The notes under the pieces were generated by a model. That model ran no database searches, was not told the origin of the DNA, and saw only the letters and a list, made by a program, of their open reading frames with translations. From a virus (taxonomy: Duplodnaviria; Heunggongvirae; Uroviricota; Caudoviricetes): a stretch of DNA of 17,003 nt. Positions 14,679 to 17,003 of the stretch are shown here, piece by piece. The translations under genes and the position numbers were made by a program. The DNA is taken from IMG/VR virus record IMGVR_UViG_3300035701_000014. One strand, written 5' to 3'. Numbering within the stretch: position 1 is the stretch's first letter; every line of letters begins with the position of its first letter.

Positions 14679-15008
14679 ATGAAATGGGTCGTAGAATTTG
14701 AAGTGCCCGAAGACAGGCAATTCGAGAACACGGAGAATTACGTAACCAACTTCGAAGAAGGAGGGTTGGTTCGTTATCACTACGGAGTCCCGCATGTCCT
14801 CCTGCCTTGGAAGTTGATAGAGAAAAAGAAGGTATGCTGGAACTGCGGAAAGGACTTCGTTATGAAGGAGCACATGATGTATTTCTACGGGGTCTGCGAT
14901 GAATGTTATGCAAAGGGATACAGAAGCAAGGACACCAAGAAGGAGGTCGACGCATTCAATCTCGGGAAGAAAGTCGGGGCAGAAGAAGAAAAGGAAAAGG
15001 TTGATTGA
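14679..15008 (+). CDS. Zn-ribbon protein (109 aa)
   Basis: GAGGTG + 6 nt + ATG. CWNC-x16-CDEC. Confidence 0.8.
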   Translation: MKWVVEFEVPEDRQFENTENYVTNFEEGGLVRYHYGVPHVLLPWKLIEKKKVCWNCGKDFVMKEHMMYFYGVCDECYAKGYRSKDTKKEVDAFNLGKKVGAEEEKEKVD

Positions 15009-15009
15009 A

Positions 15010-15450
15010 ATGAAAAACCAAAACGAGAAATTATTCAGGGCATACTGGCGTGATAGGGCAGATGTCTTCATCCTAGCCAAGACCAAAGTGGAAGCACTGG
15101 TGAAATACAAGAAGTATCTGGGCTACGGTGATTCTGCCATTGCATCCAAAGAGGAAAAAGGGGAGTGGTCATCGACATTCGCAACTCTGAAGATGGATGA
15201 GAGCAGGTTAGCCCCGATAGCAAGGATGTTAGCCAGTGCCAGCAGAGAAGGGGTAGCGATAATTCCTGAAGAGCTTACAAAGATTCCAACATGGGAGGCA
15301 TACTTTGACGGCAAGTTTTTCTTCAAGAGGGACTTAGAAGAGATGAACAAGACGGAAGAAATCTACGGGAACTCTGAGAAGTATAAAGAACTGAAAGAGA
15401 AGCTAACCCAAATGGTAGAAGATTTCAAAGAAGATGATGAGGTGAGATGA
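15010..15450 (+). CDS. Hypothetical protein (146 aa)
   Basis: ATG 15010 lies one base after the previous stop. The track's 14899 start overlaps the upstream gene. Confidence 0.75.
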   Translation: MKNQNEKLFRAYWRDRADVFILAKTKVEALVKYKKYLGYGDSAIASKEEKGEWSSTFATLKMDESRLAPIARMLASASREGVAIIPEELTKIPTWEAYFDGKFFFKRDLEEMNKTEEIYGNSEKYKELKEKLTQMVEDFKEDDEVR

Positions 15451-15810
15451 ATGGAAAAAGAATTGGCAAAGCATGAGAATGCATTCATACATATATACAA
15501 GAAGGATATATACAAGCTTTTCTTGTGGCTCTGCATAACCCTTCTTGCCAGCACGACATTATATGCTGTCTGGTTCGTAGCACAGGCAACATACGACAAG
15601 CTGAACCCTATCCTCACAAATATGTTCCAGACGCAGAAGGATTGTCCAAATTCGGGTATGCCTTGGTTTAAACACCCCTGCAGTGAAGAAGAGAAGGAAT
15701 ATTATCAGTCAGCTTGGACGACAGCATTTATGATAGTTTTCATAATTGCTTTGATTGGTCTTTGGTATTTGATAGCGGTAATGTTGGAGTGGTTAGCTCA
15801 GTATGAATAG
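15451..15810 (+). CDS. Two-TM membrane protein (119 aa)
   Basis: TGAATG junction. Two hydrophobic helices flank a CPNSGMPWFKHPC loop. Confidence 0.8.
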   Translation: MEKELAKHENAFIHIYKKDIYKLFLWLCITLLASTTLYAVWFVAQATYDKLNPILTNMFQTQKDCPNSGMPWFKHPCSEEEKEYYQSAWTTAFMIVFIIALIGLWYLIAVMLEWLAQYE

Positions 15811-15827
15811 AAGAGGTGATGTAGACG
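15803..15827 (+). repeat. Gene-junction repeat, copy 1 (stop + RBS + start position)
   Basis: ATGAATAGAAGAGGTGA (17 bp exact) then TG-TAG-ACG. 22/25 identical to 16159-16183. Confidence 0.85.
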
Positions 15828-16166
15828 AAAACCGAAAACAAAAGTCAGACACTGGATGAAGCAGCAAAAAAAGTAGCTGCAGGAACTACTGACATGAAAC
15901 AAGCAGCTATGGCTATCCATGTGTTCGGCAAGGCATACTATTGCAAGAAGCACAAAATCTATCTGATAAACGTGCAGGCACTGCACCTGCATTTTGAACT
16001 GGAGCATAGGGACGAGTATGAAGTGCTGGAGAAAAAAGGCGGAAAGTTATTGAGGGACGGGAAAGACCCGATGGATACATTCAAAGAGAAACTGACAGAA
16101 CTTGCAGGCAAGGAAACTGCAGAAAAGATGATGACTGAAATAGGTAAGCTAAGGACGAATGAATAG
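15825..16166 (+). CDS. Hypothetical protein, probable ACG start (113 aa; 90 aa from ATG 15894)
   Basis: GAGGTG + 6 nt + ACG, in frame with ATG 15894 with no intervening stop. ATG 15894 has no RBS. Contains YYCKKH motif. Confidence 0.65.
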   Translation, partial: TKTENKSQTLDEAAKKVAAGTTDMKQAAMAIHVFGKAYYCKKHKIYLINVQALHLHFELEHRDEYEVLEKKGGKLLRDGKDPMDTFKEKLTELAGKETAEKMMTEIGKLRTNE

Positions 16167-16183
16167 AAGAGGTGAGCTAGATG
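16159..16183 (+). repeat. Gene-junction repeat, copy 2
   Basis: ATGAATAGAAGAGGTGA then GC-TAG-ATG. Confidence 0.85.
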
Positions 16184-16492
16184 AATATGGAAAACGAGAA
16201 AGACGCAAAGTCTGAGAAGCCTGTAAAGAAAAATATGTTTGATACGGAAGTCACCAACACAACTCCGACCATAGACAAGGTGACAATAGACAAGCCGACA
16301 ATAGACTCGATGCTGAAGTTTGACATGCCGAAGATAGACCAGATGGAGAAGCTCGACATGCCGAAGATAGACAACAGTAACTTCTTCGGTTTCAAAGCAC
16401 CTGCAAAGAAGGAAGAAAAGAAGGAGGCGGAGAAACCAGAAGAGGAAGAGAAGAAGGAGGCGGAAGAACGAATAGAAACAGAGGTGAGGTAA
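16181..16492 (+). CDS. Low-complexity, likely disordered protein with internal peptide repeats (103 aa)
   Basis: TID x3, DMPKID x2, EEKKEAE x2. TAA abuts the next ATG. Confidence 0.75.
   Translation: MNMENEKDAKSEKPVKKNMFDTEVTNTTPTIDKVTIDKPTIDSMLKFDMPKIDQMEKLDMPKIDNSNFFGFKAPAKKEEKKEAEKPEEEEKKEAEERIETEVR
16266..16464 (+). repeat. In-frame coding tandem repeats
   Basis: 15-nt units at 16266, 16281 and 16296. GACATGCCGAAGATAGAC at 16322 and 16355. 21-nt near-identical unit at 16411 and 16444. Confidence 0.85.
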
Positions 16493-17003
16493 ATGGATTA
16501 TGAATTATTGAAGTTCGGGACATCGGCACTTTATGACTACCAAAAAACCCGTATCGGTCTGGTCAACAGGATGAGAAACCTGATACGGGTCAGGTTCTTG
16601 GGTCTAGAGCCGTTCAAGGTAGAGGATAAGAAAGAGGAAGATGAGAAGGCACACGGAGAATATGATGACAAGTCCGTGAAGGAACTGAAGGGGATAGCGA
16701 AGAAGCTCGGGAAGCTTAGTGAGGAAGAGGAAGGGATAATCAACCAGCTAGAGGAGCTCTCAATATCTTCCGAGATGATGGAAGAGAAATATAAGAAATG
16801 GGTCGAGGAGCAGGTAATCTACGAACCCATCTGGACTGAGTGGCTATCAAAGGTCAAGGGAATCGGCAAGCTGCTCACAGCGAACCTGCTATACTACTAC
16901 GGCTACTGCGAGAACTTCGACACGGTAAGCAAACTCTGGGCATACTCGGGATGGCACACGGTTGACGGCAAAGCCCCGAAGAGGAAGCACGGGGAGCAGA
17001 TGA
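16493..17003 (+). CDS. IS110-Tnp/Nop-like domain protein lacking RuvC, candidate TasA-type (partial, 170 aa visible, open at right edge)
   Basis: GAGGTGA RBS, TAAATG junction, 170 codons with no stop. LYDYQKTRIGLVNR coiled-coil start. EPIWTEWLSKVKGIGKLLTANLL (HhH GIG) and FDTVSKLWAYSG..VDGKAPKRKHGE match the IS116/IS110/IS902 C-terminal domain. No DEDD domain upstream. Confidence 0.8.
   Translation, partial: MDYELLKFGTSALYDYQKTRIGLVNRMRNLIRVRFLGLEPFKVEDKKEEDEKAHGEYDDKSVKELKGIAKKLGKLSEEEEGIINQLEELSISSEMMEEKYKKWVEEQVIYEPIWTEWLSKVKGIGKLLTANLLYYYGYCENFDTVSKLWAYSGWHTVDGKAPKRKHGEQM

Larger units (their letters stand above)
6270..17003 (+). mobile_element. Archaeal virus/provirus-like small-gene region (boundaries not defined)
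   Basis: Dense co-oriented small ORFs with overlapping or abutting stop/start codons, plus DUF932, HNH, TOPRIM, IS110/Nop-like and Zn-finger genes. No housekeeping genes. No capsid, terminase or integrase seen in the window. Confidence 0.6.

Noticed and set aside
16266-16372. Repeats upstream of the Nop-like gene as a TIGR or CRISPR array (one CCA-N9-TG match at 16269)
   Set aside because: Periods are 15 and 33 nt (multiples of 3), the would-be spacers are near-identical, and the repeats lie in a well-formed ORF.
1551-16743. All minus-strand ORFs in the track
   Set aside because: They shadow well-supported + strand genes, lack RBSs and show no recognisable motifs.
16493-17003. Ordinary IS110 insertion sequence
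   Set aside because: No N-terminal DEDD/RuvC domain, no catalytic-serine loop visible, and the gene is translationally coupled inside an operon. Cannot be fully excluded because the gene is truncated by the window.

Overview
All credible genes lie on the + strand. Strong GGTG(G/A) Shine-Dalgarno sites, TTTATATA TATA boxes, sequon-rich secreted proteins and a Top6A/Spo11-like gene point to an archaeal virus, provirus or other mobile element (inference; host not determinable from sequence alone). Left part (1-6261): tail of a membrane protein, then two ~1000-aa secreted, membrane-anchored glycoproteins built from five copies of a parallel beta-helix (NosD/CASH-like) module. The first also has an N-terminal LamG-like domain. 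The two genes end in a 100% identical 200-bp block encoding the anchor, the stop codon and the next gene's RBS. Right part (6270-17003): a tightly coupled run of virus-type genes. It includes a stand-alone Top6A/Spo11-like TOPRIM protein, a low-GC HNH endonuclease whose tail copies the start of the next gene, a DUF932-family protein and many small Zn-finger, membrane or hypothetical proteins. At the right edge is an ORF missing from the supplied track: a protein with an IS110-Tnp/Nop-like domain and no RuvC domain, i.e. a candidate TasA-type (TIGR-Tas) RNA-guided binding protein. No TIGR array, CRISPR array, tRNA, rRNA, integrase or reverse transcriptase was found in the window. GC values are hand counts on single 60-nt lines. 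Family assignments come from motif recognition, not database searches.
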